Assembly (NCBI GenBank): GCA_030949565.1
Contig: JAUZSK010000075.1
Span: forward strand, 16,277-80,276
Direction of reading: 5' to 3'
DNA length: 64,000 nt
Source: Enterobacterales bacterium
Lineage (GTDB): Bacteria; Pseudomonadota; Gammaproteobacteria; Enterobacterales; Kangiellaceae
Shown: positions 18,029 through 29,479 of the stretch, piece after piece
Position numbering within the stretch: position 1 is the stretch's first letter
How the letters are laid out: each line of letters begins with the position of its first letter
Program-made: the position numbers and the translations under genes
Notes under the pieces: model-generated
What the model saw: the letters and a program-made list of their open reading frames with translations, nothing else
Databases searched by the model: none
Told to the model about the DNA's origin: nothing

Positions 18029-20671
18029 TTAAGATTTACGCCGGTCACCCACTCTAGAATCTGGAATGACAGTGAGTTTATTTTCGAAATCTTGCTCAGT
18101 TTCTAGCGGTTTTAGCTGGCTCTTTTTCATCGGTTTTATTAACAACAATAAAACCGGTAATAGCGTTAAGTTGGCTAACAAGGCAACCACCATCGCAAGG
18201 CTTGTAAATAAACCAAAATAAATTGAAGGCATAAAGTTGGACAAAACGAGTACCGAAAATCCGACAATAATAGTAATTGAAGTAAAATACATGGCTCGCG
18301 CGATGGTATCGTGGCAGGCATACATTGCCTCTACGTAACTTCCAAGACGGGCATACTCTTTCTTAAAACGGTGAATATAATGAATGGTATTATCCACCGC
18401 AATACCAATGCTGATGGCGGCTATGGTAATGGTCATCATATCTAGCGGAATCCCAGACCACCCCATCAACCCTAAAACAAAAAAAGCGCCCATCAAATTA
18501 GGAAACATACCAATAATGGCCAATTTCCAAGATTGAAATAGAACAATAAACATCAACAATATAATTCCAAACACAACTCCGAGAGTTAGAATTTGTGATT
18601 TAAATAGACTCTCAAGCATATTGTTGTAGAGGATCAACATGCCCGTGAAGTGAAAATCCTCCTTCGACATTTTCATCTCTTGAGTGAGGTATTGACTAAT
18701 ATCGCTTAATAGCTTGTTTCGGTTAAGCTCGGGATCAGATTCTTTTACCCGAATTAAAAACCGAACTTCATCGTTCTCACGGTCATAAAAGGGTGATAGA
18801 ACCTGTTGCCTAAGATCTTTAGGGATCTTCTTTTCTAATAGAGAAAGTTCAAAATCATCTAAGCGTTTATCGCCATTAATCTGCTCAACGATTTCTAGTC
18901 CAGCAGCTAAAGAGAGGACTTTGCCGGTAACCGATAAACTAGTCAGATAATCTTGGATTTTATGTAATTTTTCGATGCCAAAGGAAGTCATCCATAGCTT
19001 AGGTTTTTCCTCTTTGCTTTTAGCCGGCGACTGAGCGCCAGTAGAATCAGAGAAATTAGAGCCAGCCTCGCCAAAATCAGCATCTTCAAACTCATCATCG
19101 GCAAATTCATCGTCATCCGATTGCTCTTCAATAAAGGCGAAATCAGCTTCAATCGCGGAACGTTCGATAATCACTTCTAAAGGGGTTGTCCCTCCGAGGC
19201 GCGTGTCAATAACCTTCATTCCTTGATAAATTTCAGTATCTTGCTTAAAATAATCAATAAATCGATTATCCACAGACAAATAACCCATTCCCCAAGCGCT
19301 TGCTATGCTAACAATAATGGCAGTCATTGCCACTTGCCAGCGCCAACGGTCACTAATTTTTGCTAAAAGGTTAGTAAAAGCAAAAAAAGCACCCTGTGTT
19401 CGTTGATCGAGCGATGTTTTTGGTTTGATAAGCATCATTAGTGGAAATAGTGTAAAAGACATAACAAAAGCCAGCGAAACGCCCATGATCATCATTTTAC
19501 CAAAATCAATCACCGGGCGAATATCACTTACCATGAGCGAACCAAAAGCCACTATGGTGGTTAAACTGGTGTAGGCGCAGGGAGTAAACATGGAGGAAAG
19601 AGTTTCCAAGATCTTGTCATTATAACTCAGCATTTCGTATTCTCTTTCAACCTGCCTAAAGCGGACAATCAGATGGATCATTAACGACATGGTAATAATC
19701 AACAGTAATGCGACGAAATTTGAAGATATAACGGTTACTGGCCAATCGAGCCAACCTAACAATCCAATACTCGTGACTGCGGTTGCTATGCAGCAACCGA
19801 GAGTGATAATAATCCATCTTATTCGCCTAAATATAAAAGCTTGGATCAATATAAGAATGACAAAAACACCTAGACCAAAAACGACTAAATCACTTTTCAC
19901 AAAATCCACCATGTCGTGGGCGATCATGGGAATACCGCCGAGATAAATAGTGGCGTATGGGCTGAAGTCTTGTTTTAGTTGACGAATGCTTTTAATGACG
20001 CGGTCATTTCGAGCGGACACCTCATCCGCTAGCAGACGTAGTTCATTTTTTAAATTAATCATTGCCGCTAGCTCGTAGGGCGTTAGGGCTTGGTGCTTCG
20101 ATTTTTTCCACTGCAACTTACGTAATTCATCATTTAAACGAAAATAATTGCTATTACCCTTTAAATTCGCCTGAATTGCTGTTGTCGAACCATCTTCACT
20201 TAACAGTAAGTTGACATAGAGCGGAATTGATAGAAAGTCTTGTTTGGCTTTTTTAAGATCAACTCCAGGATCTTTTATAAAATAAATATCCTGCTCAATA
20301 TTAGCCAAACTAACTGTATTTGGGTCAAATACCGGGGCATCAATCAGTGATATAACCGTCTCAACTTCAGGCAAAGCGGCAATTTGGTTCTTTAATTGGG
20401 TCAGTTTTTTAATAGAATCACTTGAAAATAGTGGCTTTTTTGGAGAGAATGTGACAAATAGATAGTCATCTGTGCCATACTTCATTTTAACTTTACGGTA
20501 ATATTCGAGGGATTGATCATTTTCTAATACGAGAGAATCAGCGGAAGCATCCATTCTAAACTCATCGTAGTGGCTGGATATTAGCAATAATAAAGCGCCA
20601 ACCGCAAAGAATGTCAAAAAGGTGTGACCAATTACATAACGACTATATAGATGTTTTAACCAATTTGGCAT
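18029..20671 (-). CDS. RND-superfamily exporter of the MMPL/COG1033 type (two TM bundles, two large loops)
   Basis: 880 aa with two hydrophobic blocks separated by soluble domains, and an SSD/MMPL-like TM pattern. An acidic low-complexity insert lies around residues 510-555. Confidence 0.75.
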   Translation of the reverse strand: MPNWLKHLYSRYVIGHTFLTFFAVGALLLLISSHYDEFRMDASADSLVLENDQSLEYYRKVKMKYGTDDYLFVTFSPKKPLFSSDSIKKLTQLKNQIAALPEVETVISLIDAPVFDPNTVSLANIEQDIYFIKDPGVDLKKAKQDFLSIPLYVNLLLSEDGSTTAIQANLKGNSNYFRLNDELRKLQWKKSKHQALTPYELAAMINLKNELRLLADEVSARNDRVIKSIRQLKQDFSPYATIYLGGIPMIAHDMVDFVKSDLVVFGLGVFVILILIQAFIFRRIRWIIITLGCCIATAVTSIGLLGWLDWPVTVISSNFVALLLIITMSLMIHLIVRFRQVEREYEMLSYNDKILETLSSMFTPCAYTSLTTIVAFGSLMVSDIRPVIDFGKMMIMGVSLAFVMSFTLFPLMMLIKPKTSLDQRTQGAFFAFTNLLAKISDRWRWQVAMTAIIVSIASAWGMGYLSVDNRFIDYFKQDTEIYQGMKVIDTRLGGTTPLEVIIERSAIEADFAFIEEQSDDDEFADDEFEDADFGEAGSNFSDSTGAQSPAKSKEEKPKLWMTSFGIEKLHKIQDYLTSLSVTGKVLSLAAGLEIVEQINGDKRLDDFELSLLEKKIPKDLRQQVLSPFYDRENDEVRFLIRVKESDPELNRNKLLSDISQYLTQEMKMSKEDFHFTGMLILYNNMLESLFKSQILTLGVVFGIILLMFIVLFQSWKLAIIGMFPNLMGAFFVLGLMGWSGIPLDMMTITIAAISIGIAVDNTIHYIHRFKKEYARLGSYVEAMYACHDTIARAMYFTSITIIVGFSVLVLSNFMPSIYFGLFTSLAMVVALLANLTLLPVLLLLIKPMKKSQLKPLETEQDFENKLTVIPDSRVGDRRKS

Positions 20672-20962
20672 AGCTCTCTCAAATTTAGCAGATCAATTGA
20701 ATCGTAAGCTCGGTGATTAATAAACCGATTGCGACTTACATTTTACAGCTATTTTATAACGCGTTAGGTTTAGCAAGCCATCATTATTTGCTCAAAGTGT
20801 GCTACAAAGGCGATTATTTGTCTTTCATAAACATCAAAGCTAGCTAAATAAGTTTATTCAATAAAATTATGCTGCTTTTAGTCAAAACAACTTGTATATT
20901 AGCGTTTGCTTATATACTATATGGCAAAAATTAGTATCACTGCATAATTAGTATGGTAAATA

Positions 20963-20976
20963 TTGACCTAAATCAA
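20963..20976 (+). promoter_or_regulatory. FNR/Anr box of a class II promoter for ccoNOQP
   Basis: TTGAC-CTAA-ATCAA matches 9 of the 10 specified half-site positions of TTGAT-N4-ATCAA. A TAGAAT -10 hexamer at 21000-21005 fits a box centred near -41.5. The box lies about 105 nt upstream of ccoN. Confidence 0.6.
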
Positions 20977-21080
20977 CCTATCACTAGGTCAACATTGGTT
21001 AGAATGCTTATTCATATGAATCATATATAATAGAATCATGCGTTCTAAATTCAAAATAAAATAACACAATAGGAAATAGT

Positions 21081-22490
21081 ATGTCTGAAACTCAAAATTT
21101 GACCTACAACTATCGGGTCGTCAAACAGTTCTCAATAATGACGGTAGTTTGGGGCATTGTTGGAATGACGGTTGGTGTCATTATCGCGGCTCAATTATTT
21201 TTTCCGGATATGACCTTCGGCATAGAATATCTAAGTTTTGGCCGATTACGACCTTTACACACCAATGCCGTTATCTTTGCGTTTGGTGGTTCAGCCTTAA
21301 TGGGAACTTCTCTCTATGTGGTTCAACGAACTTGCCAAGCGCCATTAATAAGTAATGCTTTAGCCGCTTTTGTATTTTGGGGATGGCAGGTGGTCATAGT
21401 ATTAGCCGCAATTACGCTGCCGATGGGGATTACCAGTAGCAAGGAATATGCAGAGCTAGAATGGCCAATTGATATTCTTATTGCTGTCGTTTGGGTGGCC
21501 TATGCTATTTTGTTTTTCGGTACTATCGCCAAACGAAGGACCTCGCATATCTATGTTGCCAACTGGTTTTACGGCGCATTTATTCTTGCTGTAGCACTGC
21601 TTCATATTGTTAATAGTGCCGCTATTCCAGTTACCTTGACTAAATCCTACTCGGCTTATGGCGGCGCTATCGATGCCATGGTGCAATGGTGGTATGGCCA
21701 TAATGCTGTTGGCTTCTTTTTAACCGCTGGCTTTTTAGGCATGATGTATTATTTCATTCCAAAACAGGCGGAAAGACCGGTTTATTCTTATCGCCTATCC
21801 ATTGTTCACTTTTGGGCTCTGATTGCCACCTATATGTGGGCTGGACCACATCATTTACATTACACAGCTCTACCTAACTGGACTCAATCCATCGGTATGG
21901 CGTTTTCATTGATACTGCTAGCACCTTCATGGGGTGGGATGATCAATGGTATTATGACCTTGTCCGGCGCTTGGCATAAACTACGAACCGATCCTATTTT
22001 AAAATTCCTTATTGTGTCTCTTTCATTTTACGGTATGTCGACCTTTGAAGGTCCCATGATGGCTATCAAAACGGTCAATGCATTGTCTCATTATACCGAT
22101 TGGACTATTGGTCATGTTCATTCAGGAGCCTTGGGCTGGGTCGCATTTGTCACCATCGGCGCCATGTATTACTTAATCCCTAAATTATACGGTCGCAAAG
22201 AAATGGTGAGCATTGACCTGATTAATATTCACTTTTGGGTATCGACCATTGGCGTCGTACTCTATATATCCTCCATGTGGATTGCCGGAGTGATGCAGGG
22301 GCTCATGTGGCGTGCGGTTAATGCCGACGGCACTTTAACCTATAGCTTTGTAGAATCGGTTAATACTACCTATCCATTTTACGCTATTCGTCTGGTTGGA
22401 GGAATCCTGTTTCTAACCGGTATGCTTATTATGGCTTATAACACCGTTAAAACGATTCAGGCTGGTCCTGAAACTGACAGTCAGATTTAG
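21081..22490 (+). CDS. ccoN: cbb3-type cytochrome c oxidase subunit I
   Basis: 12+ TM haem-copper oxidase with conserved His ligands ([25 protein letters not shown]). Confidence 0.95.
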   Translation: MSETQNLTYNYRVVKQFSIMTVVWGIVGMTVGVIIAAQLFFPDMTFGIEYLSFGRLRPLHTNAVIFAFGGSALMGTSLYVVQRTCQAPLISNALAAFVFWGWQVVIVLAAITLPMGITSSKEYAELEWPIDILIAVVWVAYAILFFGTIAKRRTSHIYVANWFYGAFILAVALLHIVNSAAIPVTLTKSYSAYGGAIDAMVQWWYGHNAVGFFLTAGFLGMMYYFIPKQAERPVYSYRLSIVHFWALIATYMWAGPHHLHYTALPNWTQSIGMAFSLILLAPSWGGMINGIMTLSGAWHKLRTDPILKFLIVSLSFYGMSTFEGPMMAIKTVNALSHYTDWTIGHVHSGALGWVAFVTIGAMYYLIPKLYGRKEMVSIDLINIHFWVSTIGVVLYISSMWIAGVMQGLMWRAVNADGTLTYSFVESVNTTYPFYAIRLVGGILFLTGMLIMAYNTVKTIQAGPETDSQI

Positions 22491-22499
22491 GAGGACGCC

Positions 22500-23108
22500 A
22501 TGCAACATGAAACTGTAGAAAAGAATATCGGCCTAATGGGTCTGCTCATTTTTATCGTCATTAGCTTTGGCGGCCTTGCGGAAATCACCCCATTATTTTT
22601 TATAAAGGACACTACTGAACCATTAAAAGGTATGAAACCTCGTACCGCTGCCGAGCTTGAAGGACGAGATATTTATATCCGTGAAGGCTGCAACAACTGT
22701 CACTCACAAATGATACGACCCTTTCGAGCAGAAACTGAACGCTACGGGCATTATTCGGTTGCCGGTGAAAGCGTTTGGGACCATCCTTTCTTGTGGGGTT
22801 CAAAAAGAACAGGACCTGATTTAGCACGAGTTGGCGGCCGTTATAGCGACGCTTGGCATCGCGTACATCTGCTTAACCCTCGTGATGTTGTGCCTGAGTC
22901 TAACATGCCAGCATTTACTTGGTTAGAAGATGCCGTGCTTGACGGTGAATTAACCGGCAGAAAGATGAAGGCTTTACGCATAGTCGGTGTTCCCTATACC
23001 GATGAAGATATTGCTAACGCGAAAAAAGCCGTTGAAGGCAAAACAGAGCTTGATGTGCTCATCATATATCTTCAATCGCTTGGCATTCTATTGAAAGATA
23101 AACAGTAA
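22500..23108 (+). CDS. ccoO: cbb3-type cytochrome c oxidase subunit II (monohaem)
   Basis: CNNCH haem-binding motif, RTGPDL, and position after ccoN. Confidence 0.95.
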   Translation: MQHETVEKNIGLMGLLIFIVISFGGLAEITPLFFIKDTTEPLKGMKPRTAAELEGRDIYIREGCNNCHSQMIRPFRAETERYGHYSVAGESVWDHPFLWGSKRTGPDLARVGGRYSDAWHRVHLLNPRDVVPESNMPAFTWLEDAVLDGELTGRKMKALRIVGVPYTDEDIANAKKAVEGKTELDVLIIYLQSLGILLKDKQ

Positions 23109-23296
23109 TGGATATTAATTGGGTAAGAAGTTTTGAAACAGTAGCACTGTTTGCATTGTTTATCGGATTGGTTTATTTACTTTACCGAAAAACCGATAGC
23201 TCAACTTTTGAAGAGGCGGCAAACAGTCCTTTCGTCGGAGATGATCTCTCTGACAAAATTGAAGACAACCAAAAAAAGGGTGAAAACCATGAGTGA
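23108..23296 (+). CDS. ccoQ: cbb3-type oxidase small subunit CcoQ
   Basis: 62-aa single-TM protein between ccoO and ccoP, with start and stop overlaps typical of the operon. Confidence 0.8.
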   Translation: MDINWVRSFETVALFALFIGLVYLLYRKTDSSTFEEAANSPFVGDDLSDKIEDNQKKGENHE

Positions 23297-24176
23297 TTTC
23301 TGGAGCTGGTGGATAATTATCATTGCTGTAGCCAATATTGCGGGCTGCTGGGCATTACTTTATTGGACAAGACGAATGAAAGATTCCGAGTCCGAAGACG
23401 AGACCACCGGTCACGTCTATGATGGAATACAAGAATACAACAACCCACTACCTAAATGGTGGCTCAATATGTTTAATATATGCTTAGTCTTCAGTGTTGT
23501 TTATCTTGTTCTTTATCCCGGTCTCGGAAATTTTCCGGGATTGCTAGGCTGGACCCAAGAAGGTCAGCATAAAGAGGAAGTCGCTGCGGCAAAAGCCACT
23601 TATGCCCCACTTTTCGCCAAGTACGCATCAACCCCTATCGCGGACTTAAGTAAAATTAAACAAGCTACTGAGATGGGCAAGCGGATTTTTGTTAACACCT
23701 GTTTTGGTTGCCATGGTTCGGATGCACGCGGTAATCCAGGCTACCCTAACTTGACCGATAATGATTGGCTGTATGGCGGATCCCCTGAAACCATTGAACA
23801 GTCTATTTTAAATGGCCGCAGAGGGATGATGCCTCCATTTGGCGCCGTTTTTAATGCCGAACAAATTGATGGGTTAGTACAGTATGTTGGGCGGCTATCC
23901 GGTCATAAAGTCGATAGCAGTAAAGCCGCAATTGGTCAGACTCTATTCAATCAGCAATGTTTTGTTTGTCATGGTGCCAACGGCAAAGGTAATCAAGCGC
24001 TGGGCGCACCCAATTTAACCGATAATACTTGGCTTTATGGCGGCTCAGCGACAAGCATTGCAGAAACAATTCGCAAAGGGAGAAATGGTGTAATGCCTGC
24101 TCACAAAGACTTGCTGGGAACAGAAAAAGCTCATCTAGTAGCGGCCTACGTTTATAGTTTATCCAATCAGGAATAG
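23289..24176 (+). CDS. ccoP: cbb3-type cytochrome c oxidase subunit III (dihaem)
   Basis: N-terminal TM segment and two CxxCH motifs (CFGCH, CFVCH). ATG 23289 is preferred to the longer ORF-track start. Confidence 0.93.
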   Translation: MSDFWSWWIIIIAVANIAGCWALLYWTRRMKDSESEDETTGHVYDGIQEYNNPLPKWWLNMFNICLVFSVVYLVLYPGLGNFPGLLGWTQEGQHKEEVAAAKATYAPLFAKYASTPIADLSKIKQATEMGKRIFVNTCFGCHGSDARGNPGYPNLTDNDWLYGGSPETIEQSILNGRRGMMPPFGAVFNAEQIDGLVQYVGRLSGHKVDSSKAAIGQTLFNQQCFVCHGANGKGNQALGAPNLTDNTWLYGGSATSIAETIRKGRNGVMPAHKDLLGTEKAHLVAAYVYSLSNQE

Positions 24177-24182
24177 ATTGTA

Positions 24183-24220
24183 AGGATTAACCACTTGTTC
24201 CAGTCGAGTGGTTTAATCCT
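24183..24220 (+). terminator. Imperfect 12-bp hairpin followed by a T-rich tract after ccoP
   Basis: AGGATTAACCAC-N13-GTGGTTTAATCCT, then ACGGTTTTTATAGTTTTT. Confidence 0.4.
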
Positions 24221-24318
24221 ACGGTTTTTATAGTTTTTAAAAACACAGGCGCTCTACAGCTCGAGTATCTCAGCCTTCATTTATTTTGATCCAAGTTCCA
24301 GTCGCTAGAGGATTACAA

Positions 24319-25719
24319 ATGTCTACAGAAGAAACCACAACCGATACCTATCGCGATCTTTACGTATCCCCAGAAAAAATTTATCCGCGACAAATAAACG
24401 GTATATTTGCTCGACTTCGTATTTACACTGTCATTCTTCTTTTAGGTTGTTATTATATCACTCCATGGCTCACCTGGAATGGTCAGCAAGCGGTGCTATT
24501 CGACTTGCCCGCCCGACAATTCTCGACTATTTTGGCATTACTTTTTTGGCCACAAGACTTTATTTATTTAACTCTACTTTTAATTATTGCAGCGGTAGGC
24601 CTTTTCCTTTTTACAACCATTGCTGGACGAGTTTGGTGTGGTTATGCCTGCCCTCAAACGGTTTGGACCGAAACTTTTTTATGGTTGGAAGAACTGGTTG
24701 AAGGTAATCGAAATAAGCGTATAAAACTGGACAAAAGTCCTTGGAATGCGAACAAAATTATTCGTAAAAGTTTAAAGCAATTTCTATGGGTTAGTTTTTC
24801 GCTATTTACAGGCTATACCTTTGTCGGTTATTTCTCACCCATTCAAGAATTAGGTACAGGCATCATTAATTTCAGCTTAGGTCCATGGGAATGGTTCTGG
24901 GTGTTTTTATATTCACTTGCCACCTATGGCAATGCCGGTTGGTTAAGAGAACAGGTCTGTTTACACATGTGCCCCTATGCACGTTTTCAAAGCTCCATGT
25001 TTGATAAAGATACACTCATCATTTCCTATGATACTAAACGTGGAGAAAGCCGTGGCAAACGTCAAAAGAATTCAGATTACCAACTGCAGGGACTGGGTGA
25101 TTGTATTGACTGTAATCAATGTGTACAGGTATGCCCCACCGGTATTGATATAAGAGATGGTCTTCAATACGAGTGTATTGCTTGCGCCGCCTGTATCGAT
25201 GTGTGTGATAATGTGATGGACAAAATGGGTTATGACAAAGGATTAATAAAATATACCACGGAAGTTGAAGAAAAATCTGGAGGCAAAGAAAAAACACATT
25301 TCTTTCGTCCTAGAACCATCTACTACATTAGTATTTTCGTGTTTGTCGTGGGTGCCTTCTTTTACTTAATTTCTAACCGCATACCACTCAAGATCGATAT
25401 CATTCGTGATAGGAATGCTTTGTATACCGAGACATTTTCAGGCGACATTGAAAACATTTATACCTTGAAAATTCTTAATATGTCACAGATTAATCAGACC
25501 TATCATCTTAGTGTAGAGGGTTTTAAAGATATCCTTCTTAAAGGCAAAAATACCTTTGTCATCGATAGTGGTGAAGTTTTAACATTACCGGTAAGGTTGC
25601 GAATACCCGCAGAACAACTAAAGAAACGCTCAAATAATATTCGATTTATAATTCAAGCAACCGAAGGTGAACAATTCCGCGCGCAATCCACAGGAAAATT
25701 TTTGGGACCAAAAAAATGA
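24319..25719 (+). CDS. ccoG: cbb3 oxidase accessory ferredoxin-like membrane protein CcoG/FixG
   Basis: Two 4Fe-4S Cys motifs (CIDCNQCVQVCP, CIACAACIDVCD), several TM segments and a C-terminal FixG Ig-like domain. Confidence 0.9.
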   Translation: MSTEETTTDTYRDLYVSPEKIYPRQINGIFARLRIYTVILLLGCYYITPWLTWNGQQAVLFDLPARQFSTILALLFWPQDFIYLTLLLIIAAVGLFLFTTIAGRVWCGYACPQTVWTETFLWLEELVEGNRNKRIKLDKSPWNANKIIRKSLKQFLWVSFSLFTGYTFVGYFSPIQELGTGIINFSLGPWEWFWVFLYSLATYGNAGWLREQVCLHMCPYARFQSSMFDKDTLIISYDTKRGESRGKRQKNSDYQLQGLGDCIDCNQCVQVCPTGIDIRDGLQYECIACAACIDVCDNVMDKMGYDKGLIKYTTEVEEKSGGKEKTHFFRPRTIYYISIFVFVVGAFFYLISNRIPLKIDIIRDRNALYTETFSGDIENIYTLKILNMSQINQTYHLSVEGFKDILLKGKNTFVIDSGEVLTLPVRLRIPAEQLKKRSNNIRFIIQATEGEQFRAQSTGKFLGPKK

Positions 25720-26225
25720 ACCATAATCAAACTGATAGTGAACCTTGGTATAAACAAGGCTGGCCTTGGGCACTTATTGCCATTCCTTTTTTCACCGTTA
25801 TCGCAGGCGTTACCACCTTCATCATAGCCAATGATACCAGTGATAGCTTAGTTCAAGACGATTACTATAAAAAAGGTTTAGCTATCAATGATAATATTGA
25901 ACGATTAGAACGCGGCCATCAACTCAAATTAAAGGCAGAGTTAGAGTTTGATAAAGACAACCAACTCTTTATATTAACGGCCACCGCAATTAATCCTCTG
26001 CCAAAGGATTTAACGCTTAGCTTTTCACATCCAACCCTGCAGCAACAAGATCGCTTGGTGCATTTAAGCCACTTAGGAGCAAACCAATACATTGGTGAAC
26101 TAAGCGACCTACCCAGTGCATACTGGCACATCAGCCTAGAAGACAAAGATAAACATTGGCTGATAAAAAAACGATGGCTTTATCCCACAAAAAAACGTCT
26201 TTTAATCGCTCCCTCTCAGCCCTAG
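25716..26225 (+). CDS. ccoH: FixH/CcoH-family protein
   Basis: EPWYKQGWPWALI TM anchor, DDYYKKG motif, and position between ccoG and ccoI. Confidence 0.8.
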   Translation: MNHNQTDSEPWYKQGWPWALIAIPFFTVIAGVTTFIIANDTSDSLVQDDYYKKGLAINDNIERLERGHQLKLKAELEFDKDNQLFILTATAINPLPKDLTLSFSHPTLQQQDRLVHLSHLGANQYIGELSDLPSAYWHISLEDKDKHWLIKKRWLYPTKKRLLIAPSQP

Positions 26226-26250
26226 CTCCGCAACCTAGAGTTATTCAATC

Positions 26251-28686
26251 ATGTCATCCAATTGTTTCCACTGTGGATTAGCTAACCAATTGGGCCATCA
26301 ATTCCAGTGTGATCTACTGGGTAAAACAGAAGATTTTTGTTGTGCCGGTTGCTTAGCCATTGCTGAAACATTGGTGTGTAATGGGCTAACGGATTTTTAC
26401 CGCTTTAGGGATGCCAACAGTCAAAAACCCACAGAACTAATACCTCAAGAAATTCGTGATATTGAAGCACTGGATACACCTGAAATTTTAGCTGACATCA
26501 GCCAATGCTATAATGAAGAATATTCCTCTAACACTGAAACAAGTAATGCATCAACTCATTGGCGAAGTATCGATTTAGGGATAGAAGGTATTAGCTGTTC
26601 CGCTTGTGGTTGGCTAATTGAAAAGCATTTAAGTAAACTCCCTCAAGTTAAAGAAATATCGGTCAATGTTTCCAGCCAAAGAGCACAGCTAGTTTGGTCG
26701 GCCGATTATCCACTAAGCAAGCTAATTAAATCCTTGGCTAAAATGGGCTACAAAATGTATCCTTTTAGTCCCGATAATCGAGAAAAAATATTTGCTGAGA
26801 GCAACCGAAACTACATTAAACGACTGTTAGTGGCCGCGTTTGGAATGATGCAAGTCATGACCTATAGCCTTATTATTTATATCGGTGAGTTTGACGATCT
26901 ATCAGTCACTCACCGATATTTTTTTTATGGACTAAGTGCGCTAGTGACTACACCAATTGTTTTTTATTCTGCTGTACCATTTTTTAGAAGTGCCTACCTT
27001 AATTTAAAAGCCAAACGACTAGGCATGAATTTTCCGGTCAGCGTAGCTATTTTGAGTGCCTATTTTGCGAGCCTATATTCATTATTTTACGGTGCCAATG
27101 CATTCTATTTTGATTCGGTGGTAATGTTTACTTTTTTCTTGCTAATTGGCCGTTATCTAGAGCATCGAGCGCGTTACCATTCATTAATTAAACATCAAAA
27201 TTTTCAACAGCTATTGCCTCTCTCCGTGACTAAACAACAGAATGGAAATAATGAAATCATACGACTTTCTGAGGTCAAGCCCGGCGATTGTTTGATCATA
27301 TTTGCAGGTGCCATTATTCCCTGTGACGGAAAACTACTGGATGAGTCTGCAGAAATTAATGAAGCTATTTTAACCGGTGAATTTATCCCCTTAGTAAAAC
27401 GGCAAGGCGATAACTTGATTAGTGGCTCTACTAATAATTCCGCCAGCTTTAAAATGCGAGTCGCTAAGGAAGTTAAAAATAGTCGAATCTATCAGCTAAT
27501 AGCGTTGCAACAAGAGGCCGAAAAAATAAAGCCTAAAGCAGTCAATCTGGCTGATCAGTTTTCTCATTGGTATATTTCTTTACTGTTAGCTTTAGTCGTA
27601 ATCACTGGACTCTACTGGTGGCAGATAGATCCCCAAATGATTTTTTCAGTGGTTTTATCAATGCTAGTAATTACCTGTCCCTGTGCATTATCCTTAGCAA
27701 CGCCAGCGAGTTTTACCGCGGCTGCTGCAGAATTATCCGACTTGGGATTAATGTTAAGAAGCCCCGATGCACTAGCTAATTTGGCTAAAGTCGACCATAT
27801 ATATTTTGATAAAACCGGAACACTTACCCAGGGTCAGATGACTCTGACCAATATTCAGGTTTTCTCCGATCTGTCAGCTCAAAACTGTTTGCAAATAGCC
27901 GCTAGTTTAGAACAAATTTCGGATCATCCCATCGCCATCGCGATTAAACAAAAAGCCATTCAAAAGCGAGTGGTTGTTAATCACAAGGAAACAATTGCCG
28001 CAGGTGTTGAAGGTGAAATTGATCAGATAGCTTATAGGCTTGGGCGTCGAGACTATGTTGAACAATATGGCGCTACAATCAATCCCTGCGAGTATCAACC
28101 TTTTGAAACACCACTCTACTTAATGGCTAATGGTCAGCATATCGCCACTTTTTTACTTGAAGATGAAATTAAAAACGATGCGGCCCACCTTATTCAAGAT
28201 CTCAAGACCAAAGGTTATCAGTGTTTCATCTTAAGCGGTGATGAAAAATCATTGGTAGAATATACCGCTAAAGCACTGTCTATCGACCACTACTATGCAG
28301 CTCTAACGCCAAAGGATAAACTGTCATTGGTGGTGCAAGCACAGCAAGCTGGTCATAAAATTTTAATGGTCGGTGACGGTCTAAATGATTTAGGCGCGTT
28401 GGCCGCGGCGAATGTCAGTATTACCATGGCCAATGGGACCAATGTTTCTAAAACCGCCTCAGATGCGGTGCTAGTGACGCAGGATCTTAAGGTTATCAGC
28501 GATAGCCTGCAACTGTCTAAAAAGATGCGAAGGATTATTAAGCAAAACCTTATCTGGGCAGTGACCTACAATTTAATTGCCGTTCCATTTGCAATGATGG
28601 GTTTAGTACCGGCCTGGCTCGCCGCTTTGGGGATGAGTTTTTCTTCTCTCATTGTGGTTCTAAATGCGCTACGGCTTAGATATTAA
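26251..28686 (+). CDS. ccoI: Copper-translocating P1B-type ATPase CcoI/FixI
   Basis: ITCPCAL (CPC), DKTGTLT, GDGLNDL and an N-terminal Cys-rich metal-binding region. Confidence 0.92.
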   Translation: MSSNCFHCGLANQLGHQFQCDLLGKTEDFCCAGCLAIAETLVCNGLTDFYRFRDANSQKPTELIPQEIRDIEALDTPEILADISQCYNEEYSSNTETSNASTHWRSIDLGIEGISCSACGWLIEKHLSKLPQVKEISVNVSSQRAQLVWSADYPLSKLIKSLAKMGYKMYPFSPDNREKIFAESNRNYIKRLLVAAFGMMQVMTYSLIIYIGEFDDLSVTHRYFFYGLSALVTTPIVFYSAVPFFRSAYLNLKAKRLGMNFPVSVAILSAYFASLYSLFYGANAFYFDSVVMFTFFLLIGRYLEHRARYHSLIKHQNFQQLLPLSVTKQQNGNNEIIRLSEVKPGDCLIIFAGAIIPCDGKLLDESAEINEAILTGEFIPLVKRQGDNLISGSTNNSASFKMRVAKEVKNSRIYQLIALQQEAEKIKPKAVNLADQFSHWYISLLLALVVITGLYWWQIDPQMIFSVVLSMLVITCPCALSLATPASFTAAAAELSDLGLMLRSPDALANLAKVDHIYFDKTGTLTQGQMTLTNIQVFSDLSAQNCLQIAASLEQISDHPIAIAIKQKAIQKRVVVNHKETIAAGVEGEIDQIAYRLGRRDYVEQYGATINPCEYQPFETPLYLMANGQHIATFLLEDEIKNDAAHLIQDLKTKGYQCFILSGDEKSLVEYTAKALSIDHYYAALTPKDKLSLVVQAQQAGHKILMVGDGLNDLGALAAANVSITMANGTNVSKTASDAVLVTQDLKVISDSLQLSKKMRRIIKQNLIWAVTYNLIAVPFAMMGLVPAWLAALGMSFSSLIVVLNALRLRY

Positions 28687-28717
28687 GCCATAGCGTTCTA
28701 ATCGATGCAGGCTTAAC

Positions 28718-29281
28718 TTACGTTTTAGGCAGAGTCACTCCCGTTTGACCTTGATATTTTCCAGCACGATCGGCATAGGAGGTTTCACAAACTTCATCCG
28801 ATTCAAAAAATAACATCTGTGCCACACCTTCATTGGCATAAATTTTTGCCGGTAACGGTGTGGTGTTAGAAAACTCTAGCGTCACGTGACCTTCCCACTC
28901 GGGCTCTAAGGGTGTGACATTAACAATAATGCCACAACGTGCATAGGTTGATTTACCCAAACAGACAGTCAGAATATTACGCGGAATACGAAAATATTCA
29001 ACCGTTCTTGCCAGCGCAAAAGAATTGGGTGGAATAATACACACATCGGAGGTAATGTTTACAAAACTCTTATCATCAAAGTTTTTGGGGTCAACCACGG
29101 CCGAGTGAACGTTAGTGAAAATTTTAAATTCATTGGAACAGCGCACATCATAACCGTAGCTGGAAGTACCGTAAGAGATAATTTTTTGTCCATTAGATTG
29201 GCGAACTTGCCCTGGCTCATAAGGCTCAATCATGCCCTGTTTAGCCATCCTCCGCATCCATTTATCTGCCTTTATACTCAT
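28718..29281 (-). CDS. dcd: dCTP deaminase
   Basis: Near-colinear with Pseudomonas-type Dcd ([56 protein letters not shown]). Confidence 0.95.
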   Translation of the reverse strand: MSIKADKWMRRMAKQGMIEPYEPGQVRQSNGQKIISYGTSSYGYDVRCSNEFKIFTNVHSAVVDPKNFDDKSFVNITSDVCIIPPNSFALARTVEYFRIPRNILTVCLGKSTYARCGIIVNVTPLEPEWEGHVTLEFSNTTPLPAKIYANEGVAQMLFFESDEVCETSYADRAGKYQGQTGVTLPKT

Positions 29282-29479
29282 CTTTATTGGTTAACTTTTG
29301 TGGTTTGAAATTGCATGGATATTACCATAAGGTAGCGCATTATTCAGGCTTGCTCGATAATTTATTGCTATCTTAGTGATTTTCTTTTAAAAGCTTGCCA
29401 ATTTTTACTCCTCAGCAAGCTTTAGCCTCGCGTAATGGCTACTGTTACCTTCAATCAGCGATTGAGCGCCTAAGCAAAA

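Noticed and set aside
28687-28717. An expected ccoS gene after ccoI to complete ccoGHIS
   Set aside because: Only 31 nt separate ccoI from the convergent dcd gene, and no small CcoS-like ORF overlaps the ccoI end. The gene is probably elsewhere in the genome, and its absence here is not evidence of loss.
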